The position numbers and the translations under genes are program-made. From assembly GCF_963527835.1 (NCBI RefSeq), contig NZ_CAURTC010000020.1, positions 663 through 64,662 on the forward strand: a stretch of DNA of 64,000 nucleotides. Direction: 5' to 3'. Below the pieces are notes generated by a model. The model made no database searches, was not told where the DNA came from, and worked only from the letters and a program-made list of their open reading frames with translations. This document shows, in pieces, positions 1 to 8,869 of the stretch; the first letter of the stretch is position 1; every line of letters starts with the position of its first letter. The stretch comes from an uncultured Clostridium sp. (GTDB lineage: Bacteria > Bacillota > Clostridia > Clostridiales > Clostridiaceae).

Positions 1-140
1 TGTTATTTTATTGTTACTTTCAAGAGGATATTTGTTACTTTGGGATAATACATTTTAAAGTGCTTTTACAGATTATCCTAAAGTGTAAATAGACTAGAAA
101 AATGCCAATAATTATATGTATACAACTTTCAATAAAATTC

Positions 141-218
141 AATAGGCATAGCTAGGGAAATCTAGTGACGCAAAGCTAAAGGGGCTAAAGAAGAAATTCC
201 ATGCCAGCCAGTTGCCGA
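141..218 (+). promoter_or_regulatory. c-di-GMP-I (GEMM) riboswitch aptamer
   Basis: GGCA..ctag-GAAA-ctag..GACGCAAAGC...GGCTAA...ATG.CAGC..GTTGCCGA matches the GEMM-I architecture; lies 5' of a chitinase gene. Confidence 0.9.
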
Positions 219-490
219 TTAATATTAATTTATTAATTGTATAAGATTTTCTTTGTTTTAAAAAAACTAAGACACATTTCAAAAATAATAGACCAGTATG
301 CTTATCTATTTTGCATCATACTGTGTCGTCAAGTTCAGCTAATAACTCGATATTAACTAAACTTGCCTCCTTGTGTAACATCAAATATACCATGCATATT
401 TGATCTATTATTTTCTTTTATGTGCCTAAAGAAAAACTTTAGCTGCTTATTGAAATTTTAAATAAAATTTCTAATAGGAGGAAAATATTT

Positions 491-2251
491 ATGAGCTTAA
501 AGAAAAATTACAAACTAAGGACAATGGTTGCAACATCTGTTGTATGTACAGTGATGGTAGGTATGTCATTCACACCTATGTATACAGGTATGACAGCCTT
601 TGCAAAGGACAATGAAGAGGCAGACTTAACTTACACAGTTAAAAATTCAGAAGGATTAAAAGCAGAAAAACAACGTGTAATTGCAGTAGCTGAAAATGAT
701 GCTGATTTTGGCGTTGGACAAGGTATTCAATGGCCAAAGCAAGTTAACGCACCATTCATTGATATGGTAGCTTGGGTTACTAAACCAGGATACTCTAATA
801 ATGGCGCAGCCAACCTGGCTAAAATATCAGAAGATACTGGAGTTGAATTCTTTAACCTAGGTTTTATTCAACCTATATCTAATACGATTAAAGATGGTAA
901 AGTTCAATGGGGCTGGGGCGGATACCAAGTATTAAATGAACAAAATAAAGATAACGATCAATATACCAATGGTATTAAGAAGTCAATAAAAGATCTACGC
1001 GAAATGGGCGGAGATGTTACTATTTCATTAGGTGGTTTAAATGGGTCAGCTTTTTGGCAGGTAACTCAAGATGTTGATGTATTAACTAATACTTATAGAG
1101 AAATTATAAAAGGTTATGGACTTACAATACTTGACCTTGATATAGAAGGTGGAGCTCAAAATAAGAATTATAATATTGCAAATGCAAAAGCAATAAAGAA
1201 TGTTCAAGATGAAACTGGAGTAGACATAGTATTAACACTACCAGTATTACCAAGTGGATTAACTTCAGTACAACTAGATCTTTTAGAAGCTTACTTAGCA
1301 AATGGTGTTGATGTTAAATTAGTAAACATCATGACTATGTGCTATGGAAGTGGAACATTATTACCAGGTGAAAACTATGGTACTGGATCAATTAGAGCAA
1401 TTGATTCAACTAAGGATCAAGTTAAGAATTACTTCAAGAAATATGCAAACATTCAATTAAGTGATAAAGAAGCTTATGGCAAGATAGGTACTACTTCGTC
1501 TATAGGATTTGAAAACGAAGCACATCCAATATTTACTACAGAATGGTCTAAGTTATTAGTAAATCATTCTATAGAAAAAGGCTTAGGAATGGCTTCATTC
1601 TGGTCAATGAATAGGGATGCCATGTTAGAAAGCAATAGAGGTGTATCATCACAATACGAATTTACTAATATCTTTAAGCAATTTGGTAGTGGTAATGAAG
1701 GCGGAGAAGTTAATCCACCAGCAAATACTAAGCCAACTATTTCTGGAGTTAAGAACCAAATAATTGCTGTTGGAGATAAATTTGATCCGATGGCAGGTGT
1801 TACTGCAAAAGATAAGGAAGATGGAGACTTAACTTCAAAGATTAAAGTTGAAGGTGACGTTAATACTGAAGTAACAGGTAAATATAACTTAACTTATACA
1901 GTTGCAGATAGTGAAGGACTTAAGGATGTTAAGGAATGCTACATTACAGTTAAAGAAGTATCAGAAATTGAAGATACTTATGATCCAAACAAAATATATT
2001 TAGAAGGTGATACTGTAATCTACAAAGGTAACAAGTACACAGCTAAGTGGTGGGTTAAGGGAGAAAATCCTGACAAATCAGAGGCTTGGAAAAAGGAAGT
2101 TATTCCAAATGAAGACGGATCTGTAGATTATGAAGAAGGATCTATTTATGTTGAAGGTGATAAGGTTAATTATAATGGAAAAATGTATGAAGCTAAATGG
2201 TGGACTAAATCAATTCCAGGTAGCGATGATTCTTGGAAGTTAATAGCATAA
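491..2251 (+). CDS. Secreted GH18 chitinase with Ig-like domain and two CBM5/12-type chitin-binding modules
   Basis: Signal peptide, LDLDIEG (DxDxE) catalytic motif, two AKWW modules, SD AGGAGG at 476-481. Confidence 0.9.
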   Translation: MSLKKNYKLRTMVATSVVCTVMVGMSFTPMYTGMTAFAKDNEEADLTYTVKNSEGLKAEKQRVIAVAENDADFGVGQGIQWPKQVNAPFIDMVAWVTKPGYSNNGAANLAKISEDTGVEFFNLGFIQPISNTIKDGKVQWGWGGYQVLNEQNKDNDQYTNGIKKSIKDLREMGGDVTISLGGLNGSAFWQVTQDVDVLTNTYREIIKGYGLTILDLDIEGGAQNKNYNIANAKAIKNVQDETGVDIVLTLPVLPSGLTSVQLDLLEAYLANGVDVKLVNIMTMCYGSGTLLPGENYGTGSIRAIDSTKDQVKNYFKKYANIQLSDKEAYGKIGTTSSIGFENEAHPIFTTEWSKLLVNHSIEKGLGMASFWSMNRDAMLESNRGVSSQYEFTNIFKQFGSGNEGGEVNPPANTKPTISGVKNQIIAVGDKFDPMAGVTAKDKEDGDLTSKIKVEGDVNTEVTGKYNLTYTVADSEGLKDVKECYITVKEVSEIEDTYDPNKIYLEGDTVIYKGNKYTAKWWVKGENPDKSEAWKKEVIPNEDGSVDYEEGSIYVEGDKVNYNGKMYEAKWWTKSIPGSDDSWKLIA

Positions 2252-2260
2252 TATAAAATT

Positions 2261-2295
2261 AAAGGTGTCTTAGAATTCTAAGACACCTTTTTTTA
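2261..2295 (+). terminator. Intrinsic terminator of the chitinase gene
   Basis: aaaggtgtcttag/ctaagacaccttt stem followed by a T-run. Confidence 0.9.
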
Positions 2296-2608
2296 TGTAA
2301 AGGAAAGTATAAAAATTTCTAAGGCTGAAAGTTGGAATATATATAGCTTTTAGCTTTTAAATATGTTAAAGTATGGGATTATAGCTAGACCTATACTTTT
2401 CTGAATATTTAGAAAAGTATATTTTAAAAAATTGTGGATAACTAAAATTATAATCCCATTTAAAGATTAAGAAATTAATCCTAAAGATAAAAATAATCAT
2501 ATGCTGCACCATATTCCTCATTATACAATTAAATTTAACACTTTAAGGATAAATGAACTTAAGTTTAAATATATTGATATTAAAGTAATTATAGAAGGTG
2601 GAGATATA

Positions 2609-3526
2609 TTGAGAAGACCTAAAGCACTAAAAAAAGGAGATAAAATAGCTCTTGTAGGATTATCAAGTCCAACAACTGAAGAAAGATTAGAGTTATCAAT
2701 TAAAGCAATGCATGATTTTGGATTTGAAGTTGTAGTTGGTGAGAGTTGCAAATCTCATTATGGTTATTTAGCTGGAAGTGATGAGATAAGAGCTGATGAT
2801 ATGAATAAAATGTTTTGTGATAAATCAATATCTGGAATCTTTGCAATAAGGGGAGGGTATGGAGCAACAAGGATTCTAGACAAGCTGGATTACAATATGA
2901 TAAAAAAGAATGCTAAAGTATTTTCAGGATATAGTGACGTTACAGCTATTCATAATGCAATAAATGCAAGATGCAATTTTATAACATTTCATGCACCGAT
3001 GCCAGCAACAGAAATGTATAGGGGACTAGATAATTACACGGAATATTATTTTAAAAAGAGTATATTCGATTCAGAGCCATTAGGCAAATTAAAAAATGCA
3101 GAAGATACAAAAATGGGAACTTTATTTAAAGGTAAAGCTGAAGGAAGATTAGTTGGTGGAAATCTTTCAGTAATTTGCTCAACACTAGGAACTGAGTATG
3201 AAATAGATACTAAAGGAAAAATATTATTTTTAGAAGAGATTGATGAATATCCATACAAAATTGATAGAATGATTATGCAATTAAAGCAGTGTAATAAATT
3301 TAAAGATGCAAGTGGAATAATTTTAGGAAAATGGACTGATTGTTTACCACCAAAGGGAAGAGAAAGCTTATCATTAATTCAAATATTTGAAGAATTAATA
3401 GTGCCAGAAAGAAAACCAACACTATATGATGTTTGCTGTGGCCATTGTTTACCAACACTTACGCTTCCTTTGGGAGCTAAAGTTAAAATCGATGCTAATA
3501 ATCAAGAAATAAATATACTAGAATAA
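2609..3526 (+). CDS. LD-carboxypeptidase (peptidase S66); likely TTG start at 2609
   Basis: RGGYG, GYSD, GGNLS, LFLEE and GH motifs; SD AAGGTGGAG precedes TTG 2609. Confidence 0.88.
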   Translation: MRRPKALKKGDKIALVGLSSPTTEERLELSIKAMHDFGFEVVVGESCKSHYGYLAGSDEIRADDMNKMFCDKSISGIFAIRGGYGATRILDKLDYNMIKKNAKVFSGYSDVTAIHNAINARCNFITFHAPMPATEMYRGLDNYTEYYFKKSIFDSEPLGKLKNAEDTKMGTLFKGKAEGRLVGGNLSVICSTLGTEYEIDTKGKILFLEEIDEYPYKIDRMIMQLKQCNKFKDASGIILGKWTDCLPPKGRESLSLIQIFEELIVPERKPTLYDVCCGHCLPTLTLPLGAKVKIDANNQEINILE

Positions 3527-3642
3527 AGAAATTAAACAGTAGACTAAAATGTTAAGTCTCCTTGGCATAACTTACTTATAGAATTTTAGTATATAGATTT
3601 GTATAATAATAAGTAAACTAATGAATAAATCAAGGGGGAAAA

Positions 3643-4458
3643 ATGAATATATTATCAGTAATATTAGATAAAGTATATAGTTGGCTAGCTTTAAGTGGAT
3701 TAAAAATAGTAATTGGATTATTAGCCTTATGGATAGGATGGAAAATAGTAAATAAAATTATTAAAACTATGGACAGAATTCTTAAAAGAAAAGAATTTGA
3801 TGTCACATTGACAATGTTTTTAAATGCTTTTATAAATATATCATTAAAAGTATTACTTGTAATGATTATAATGGATTATGTTGGAATGAAAACTACTGGA
3901 CTTGTAACTTTAATAGGCTCAGCTGGTCTTGCAGTAGGACTTGCTCTTCAAGGCAGTTTATCTAACTTTGCTGGTGGGGTTGTTATTTTATTGATAAGAC
4001 CTTTTAATATAGGCGATTTTATTGATGCAGTAGGACATTCAGGGAATGTTGAAAAAATAGGGATATTTTATACTTATGTACTTACTACAGATAATAAACA
4101 GATACTTATACCAAATGGTAAATTAGCAAATGATAGTATAATAAATTATACAGCTAAGGACAAAAGAAGAGTTGATCTACAGTTTTCAGTTGGATATGAT
4201 GAAGATGTTATTACGGTTAAGAACATTATAGAAGAAGTTGCTTTAAGTAATGATAAAATATTAAAAGATCCAGAGTATTTTATAGGATTATCTGAACATG
4301 GAGATAGTTCAGTGAATTTTGCTTTAAGAATATGGACAAAAACAGAAGATTATTGGGATGTATATTATGATTTATTAGAAAGAGTTAAAATTAAGTTTGA
4401 GGATGAAAAAATAAGTATACCATATCCTCAAATGGACGTTCATATTAAAAATGACTAA
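3643..4458 (+). CDS. mscS: Small-conductance mechanosensitive channel
   Basis: GLAVGLALQGSLSNFAGG...RPF.IGD.I and IPYPQ motifs. Confidence 0.92.
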   Translation: MNILSVILDKVYSWLALSGLKIVIGLLALWIGWKIVNKIIKTMDRILKRKEFDVTLTMFLNAFINISLKVLLVMIIMDYVGMKTTGLVTLIGSAGLAVGLALQGSLSNFAGGVVILLIRPFNIGDFIDAVGHSGNVEKIGIFYTYVLTTDNKQILIPNGKLANDSIINYTAKDKRRVDLQFSVGYDEDVITVKNIIEEVALSNDKILKDPEYFIGLSEHGDSSVNFALRIWTKTEDYWDVYYDLLERVKIKFEDEKISIPYPQMDVHIKND

Positions 4459-4463
4459 AAATA

Positions 4464-4570
4464 TGGACATGTTTTAGTAATGTGTTGATATATGCAGAAG
4501 CAAAGTGAACGGAGTAATGTACAATGGCACTTTGCCTATTGTATATATAAACATATTTTAAAACATAGCC
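4464..4570 (-). repeat. Intergenic repeat family, internally deleted copy A
   Basis: Reverse complement equals the left and right ends of the ~285-bp copy at 41174 with the interior missing. Confidence 0.85.
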
Positions 4571-4587
4571 AAAAATAATATAATTAG

Positions 4588-4627
4588 ATAAAGTTATCAA
4601 ATAAAAGTCTTTATTTGATAACTTTAT
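4588..4627 (+). terminator. Hairpin, likely mscS terminator, overlapping the next -35
   Basis: ataaagttatcaaataaa/tttatttgataactttat 18-bp inverted repeat. Confidence 0.65.
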
Positions 4628-4661
4628 TAGTTTATACTATAAATTAGCGAACGTATGTTTT
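4615..4661 (+). promoter_or_regulatory. SigA-like promoter with a putative LexA box at the start site
   Basis: TTGATA-17-TATAAA; cGAAC-gtat-GTTT at 4648-4660. Confidence 0.5.
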
Positions 4662-4672
4662 GAATAATAGCT

Positions 4673-4746
4673 TATGTTTTATTAGTGTGTTGATATATGC
4701 AATGCCACTTTACTAGTGCATATATCAGCACATATTTAGTGACATA
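4673..4746 (-). repeat. Intergenic repeat family, termini-only copy B
   Basis: tgtgttgatatatgca...gccacttt...tgcatatatcagcaca. Confidence 0.8.
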
Positions 4747-4813
4747 TCTTTATTTAAAAACAGTTTAACAAAGTGATGAAAAGAATTTAAATTCTTAAGA
4801 TGGAGGGAATAAT

Positions 4814-5761
4814 TTGGGTAATAATAATGACGAATTAAAAAAAGCTTTTAAAAAGAGTATGAAAAAAAATAAGGGGAATAAAAAAGCTCAATTTATAACA
4901 ATAGTACTTTTTGCTCTTATAGGGCTTATGAGTTTTGTTTTTGGAAATGACTTTAATTCCAACAAGGTAGATAATGTAGGAAATTTAAGCAATGTAAGTG
5001 GAAATTTAGAGGTTTCGTATCTGGATGTTGGACAAGGGGATGCTGTATATATAAGGGTTAATGATTTTGATATATTAATAGATGCAGGTCCAAGAAGTGA
5101 AGCGGATCATTTATTAAAGCAATTAGAAGAAAAAAATATAGATGATTTTGAAATGGTAATTGCGACTCACCCACATGAAGATCACATAGGTGGAATGAGC
5201 AAAGTATTTGAAAATTATAAGGTAGAAAATTTCTATATGCCAAAAGTTACTCATACAACAAAGACATTTGAAAATATGTTGACTTCAGTTTCAAAACAAG
5301 GACTAAAAGTGCAACAAATAAAAGAAGGAATGAATTTTGATTTAGGTTCTGGAGCTAAAATAGAGGTATATTCTCCAATGAAAAGTAGTTACGAAGAATT
5401 TAATGATTATTCTCCTATAATGAAATTAACATTTGGAGATAAAAAGTTAATTTTTACTGGAGATGCAGAAACATTGGTAGAAGACGAAGTTCTATTTAAA
5501 TATTCAAAAGATCTTAAGGCTGATGTATTAAAATTTGGGCATCATGGATCAACAACATCTTCAAGCAATGAATTTCTAAAAGCTATCTCTCCACAATATG
5601 GGATAATAAGTTGTGGAAAGGATAATAGTTATGGTCATCCACATAAAGAAACTATGAATAAAATATCACAAAATGGTATAAAAACTTATAGAACAGATTT
5701 ACAAGGAGAAATAACCTTAATATCTGATGGAAAAAACATATCAATCAAAACTAAAAAGTAA
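4814..5761 (+). CDS. Membrane-anchored ComEC/Rec2-like metallo-beta-lactamase-fold nuclease
   Basis: DVGQGD, THPHEDH, FTGD, GHHGS and YGHPH motifs; single N-terminal TM; TTG start with SD GGAGG. Confidence 0.88.
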   Translation: MGNNNDELKKAFKKSMKKNKGNKKAQFITIVLFALIGLMSFVFGNDFNSNKVDNVGNLSNVSGNLEVSYLDVGQGDAVYIRVNDFDILIDAGPRSEADHLLKQLEEKNIDDFEMVIATHPHEDHIGGMSKVFENYKVENFYMPKVTHTTKTFENMLTSVSKQGLKVQQIKEGMNFDLGSGAKIEVYSPMKSSYEEFNDYSPIMKLTFGDKKLIFTGDAETLVEDEVLFKYSKDLKADVLKFGHHGSTTSSSNEFLKAISPQYGIISCGKDNSYGHPHKETMNKISQNGIKTYRTDLQGEITLISDGKNISIKTKK

Positions 5762-5776
5762 GAAGTTAGAGTCTTA

Positions 5777-6350
5777 CTACTTCTTATTATATGAAGATAT
5801 ATTAATACAATTGAGAAAATACATTAGTACTCCACCTATTCCAACGATTAAGCTGACAATTAACCAGGCTTGTTTTATTCCAACTCTTGAAATCATTCTA
5901 CTCATGATTATAGGTCCAATACCATTTCCAGTTCCATACAATAAAGGCAAAATTGAATTTATTCTTCCTCTATGGGAAGAGGAGCTTAAATTAGCTATAA
6001 AAGTTTGAGCGTTTGTGGCAATTGATATTTCCCCTATAGTCATTATAGTCACAATAATAAAAAATGAAAAGATATTAGAGGCAAAACAACAAAGACCAAA
6101 GGCTAATGAATAAAAAAGTCCTCCTGCTGAAATAATGGAAAGCATTCTATATTTCTTTGTTATACTTGTTATTATTGGAGTAAATAAAATAACGATTAAT
6201 CCATTGAAACTGCTCAAAAAACCAAAGTATCTAGCACCGTTAGTGCTAAATATATCATTTTATTATTTTGCCTAAAAATAGTATATAGATCTCTTTAGGG
6301 AGTCCTGAATATGCAGAAAACATAAGTATAAATTTATTTTTTAATTTCAT
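5777..6350 (-). pseudogene. MFS transporter pseudogene (large internal deletion with frameshift)
   Basis: SD AAGGAG + ATG 6350 gives MKLKNK...YSGLPKEIYILFLGKIIK*, joined out of frame near 6258 to the C-terminal MFS half (...HRGRINS...). Confidence 0.8.
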
Positions 6351-6402
6351 CGTCGATCTCCTTTTGTTAATAATTAAATCAATTAATTGTATTTAAGTAT
6401 AA

Positions 6403-6477
6403 GGCTATGTTTTAGCAAGGTATTGGCATACGTAACTTTATTTATTGCATATGTCAACTTATATTTAAAACAGAACT
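6403..6477 (-). repeat. Intergenic repeat family, termini-only copy H
   Basis: ggctatgttttagcaaggtattggcatacg...attgcatatgtcaacttatatttaaaaca matches both family ends. Confidence 0.7.
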
Positions 6478-6649
6478 AAAAAATAATTATTAAATTATAC
6501 ATCTAAATGGTGAAATTTTCAATTTGTATCAATTAAATGGAATTTAATTATGTGTGTTGATAAATAATATACAGATTTATTAATAATATTTATATCTTTG
6601 CACAAACTTATAATGTAGAAACTTATTATTTGAAAGGAGAAATTATATT

Positions 6650-6796
6650 ATGGAAACATTTGGAGATGAAATAAAAGATACTGCAAGAAAAATCAAGAGT
6701 GAAATAAAAGATACTGCAAGAGAGATAAAAGGTAAGATGACAGAACAAGGTGAAATTATAAAGGAACATGCTAATAATTTAAAACATAAATTATAA
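6650..6796 (+). CDS. 48-aa small protein with 11-residue repeats (absent from the ORF track)
   Basis: SD GAAAGGAG; METFGDEIKDTARKIKSEIKDTAREIKGKM...; followed by its own terminator. Confidence 0.8.
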   Translation: METFGDEIKDTARKIKSEIKDTAREIKGKMTEQGEIIKEHANNLKHKL

Positions 6797-6814
6797 TGTT
6801 TTGTATTAATAAAG

Positions 6815-6870
6815 ATTATAAGAACCAAGAGATGAAATTTTAAAATTTATCTCTTGGTTCTTATAATTTT
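6815..6870 (+). terminator. Intrinsic terminator
   Basis: attataagaaccaagagat/atctcttggttcttataat stem plus T-run. Confidence 0.85.
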
Positions 6871-7098
6871 TATATAGCATAAATATTATTAATAGTAAAA
6901 ATTTAAGATTTAGTGTTAATAATTCGACTGCAAAAATTATCAAATTTTAATGTTAGATATAAAAAGACATTTAGCATTAAAAAAAGTAAGAAAAAAGTAA
7001 ATATTTTTATATCATAAGTATGTACCAATATAATTGTGTTATGAGTGAATATAGAATATAATTAAATAATGAGAAAGAAATTTTAAGAGGTGTAATTT

Positions 7099-8715
7099 AT
7101 GATTAAGGTAACAGTTAATATAAATGGTATGGATTACAACTTAAAAGGTGATAAAAATGAACAATATTTAGTTGATTTAGCTGATTTTGTTGATAGTAAA
7201 GTAAAAGAGATAATGAGTAAAAACTCTAGGTTAAGCACTAGTGCTGCAACTGTATTAGCGGCAGTAAATATAGCAGATGAACTTTACGAATGTGATTTTA
7301 ATTTAAGAAATGCCATTAATAAGAAGAAAAATATAGAAACTGAAAAAAGTGAATTGATTCAAAAAGTAGACAAGTTAAATGAAGATTTAAAAACAACACT
7401 AGTAGAGAAAACAAAGCTTCAAGAACAATTAGTAAATGGTGAGCAATCTTTAAAAGAAAAATATGCAGAGATAGAACAACAACTTACTACTTTAAGGGAA
7501 GAAGCAATTAATCTAAAAAAAGAAAAAAATTTATTATTAGAAAAGAATACTAAATTAGAGAATAATTTAAAAGAAGTTAGCAATTTAAAAAATGTATTAA
7601 ATAAAGAAGTCGTAGAAATAAAAGAAAAAAATAAATTCCTTAATAAAAAGATAGATGAATCTAAAGGAAAAGAAGTGGAATTAATAAATAAACTACAAGT
7701 TTCAAGTGGAAATGTTAAAGAATTAGAAAATAAAGTTTCTTCTTTAGAAAACAAATGTACTAATTTAGGCAAAAGATTCAATGATTTAAATATTTTAAAT
7801 ACAGAAAGTTCATTAGAACTTGAAAGAACAATTAAAGTTAGAGCTAGTTTAGAAGAAGAAAATTCTATCTTGGCTGAAAAAAGTAAGTCTTTAGAAGATA
7901 ATTGTTTAGCGTTACAAAGTAAGATAGAAGAGTTAACATCATTGATGTTAAATGAAAAGAACAACAAACAAGTTCTTCAAGAAGAGTATACTAAATGTAA
8001 AGAAGAGCTTGAAAATATCAGTGATCTTTATTATGAGACTGACAAAGAAGTTACAACTTTTAAACAAAAAATAGAAGAGATTAATAGAGAAAATGAAAAA
8101 TTAAATTCCAAGATAAATATGGAAATAAAAAATAAGAAGGTATTAGAAGACAATATTCAAAAATTAAATAATAATATTAATTCAATAAATAATGAGAAAA
8201 ACAAAATAAAACAAGAAAATTTAAAAGTAAATGAGGAACTAAAAAGTCTAAAAGATAAGTATTCTAAGTTAATTGTTAATGAAGATAATAATAAAAAGAC
8301 AATAAATATAAAATATAAAGAAATAGAAGAATTAAGAGATGATTTAAGTAATAAAGATAAATCATTAATAGATATAAAAAGTATCTTAGACGATAAAGAA
8401 AAGTCATTAGAAAAATTAAAAGCTAATGTAGATGAAAAAGAGAAAAACTTAGAGACATTAAAAAATATTTTAAGTAAAAAGGATGCTTCTGTAGTGGAAT
8501 TAGAAAATAAAGTTGAAGAATTAAACAATTATAAGAGTAAACTTATGGAAAGAAGCAAAAATGTAAATAATAATCTTAGAACATCTAAGTATAAAGTTAT
8601 GGAATTAAAGGATAAACTATTAACTGTAGAAATAGAATTAGCAGCGCTAAAAAGCCAACAATTTTTAAATAGTAAAACGAAAAAAGTTATAGCTCCACTT
8701 TCACATAAAAAGTAG
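7099..8715 (+). CDS. zapA: ZapA-domain protein with very long coiled-coil extension
   Basis: N-terminal KVTVNINGMDY...AATVLAAVNIADE ZapA signature; position before U32 peptidase-mutS2. Confidence 0.8.
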   Translation: MIKVTVNINGMDYNLKGDKNEQYLVDLADFVDSKVKEIMSKNSRLSTSAATVLAAVNIADELYECDFNLRNAINKKKNIETEKSELIQKVDKLNEDLKTTLVEKTKLQEQLVNGEQSLKEKYAEIEQQLTTLREEAINLKKEKNLLLEKNTKLENNLKEVSNLKNVLNKEVVEIKEKNKFLNKKIDESKGKEVELINKLQVSSGNVKELENKVSSLENKCTNLGKRFNDLNILNTESSLELERTIKVRASLEEENSILAEKSKSLEDNCLALQSKIEELTSLMLNEKNNKQVLQEEYTKCKEELENISDLYYETDKEVTTFKQKIEEINRENEKLNSKINMEIKNKKVLEDNIQKLNNNINSINNEKNKIKQENLKVNEELKSLKDKYSKLIVNEDNNKKTINIKYKEIEELRDDLSNKDKSLIDIKSILDDKEKSLEKLKANVDEKEKNLETLKNILSKKDASVVELENKVEELNNYKSKLMERSKNVNNNLRTSKYKVMELKDKLLTVEIELAALKSQQFLNSKTKKVIAPLSHKK

Positions 8716-8740
8716 GGTAATATAATAGAATTATAACAAT

Positions 8741-8775
8741 TTTAAAAACTGCTATTTTTAATAGCAGTTTTTAAA
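8741..8775 (+). terminator. Hairpin, probable terminator after zapA
   Basis: tttaaaaactgctat/atagcagtttttaaa. Confidence 0.7.
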
Positions 8776-8869
8776 GGTTTTTAAGAATAATAAAAGTATG
8801 ATGTTTTGTTTTAATGCAGAATTAATATTCATAAAAACAAGGCTAATTAAAACACTCAGGAGGAAATTA

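Noticed and set aside
2501..2608. N-terminal extensions in the ORF track (also 8798, 27880, 28846, 40031, 52370, 60461, 63101)
   Set aside because: Downstream starts have proper SD spacing and match family N-termini
6643..6828. 61-aa minus-strand ORF
   Set aside because: Antisense shadow of the better supported + strand ORF 6650-6796
7419..8528. Long antisense ORFs inside zapA (and similar ones inside other genes)
   Set aside because: Shadow frames caused by codon bias; no RBS or recognisable motifs
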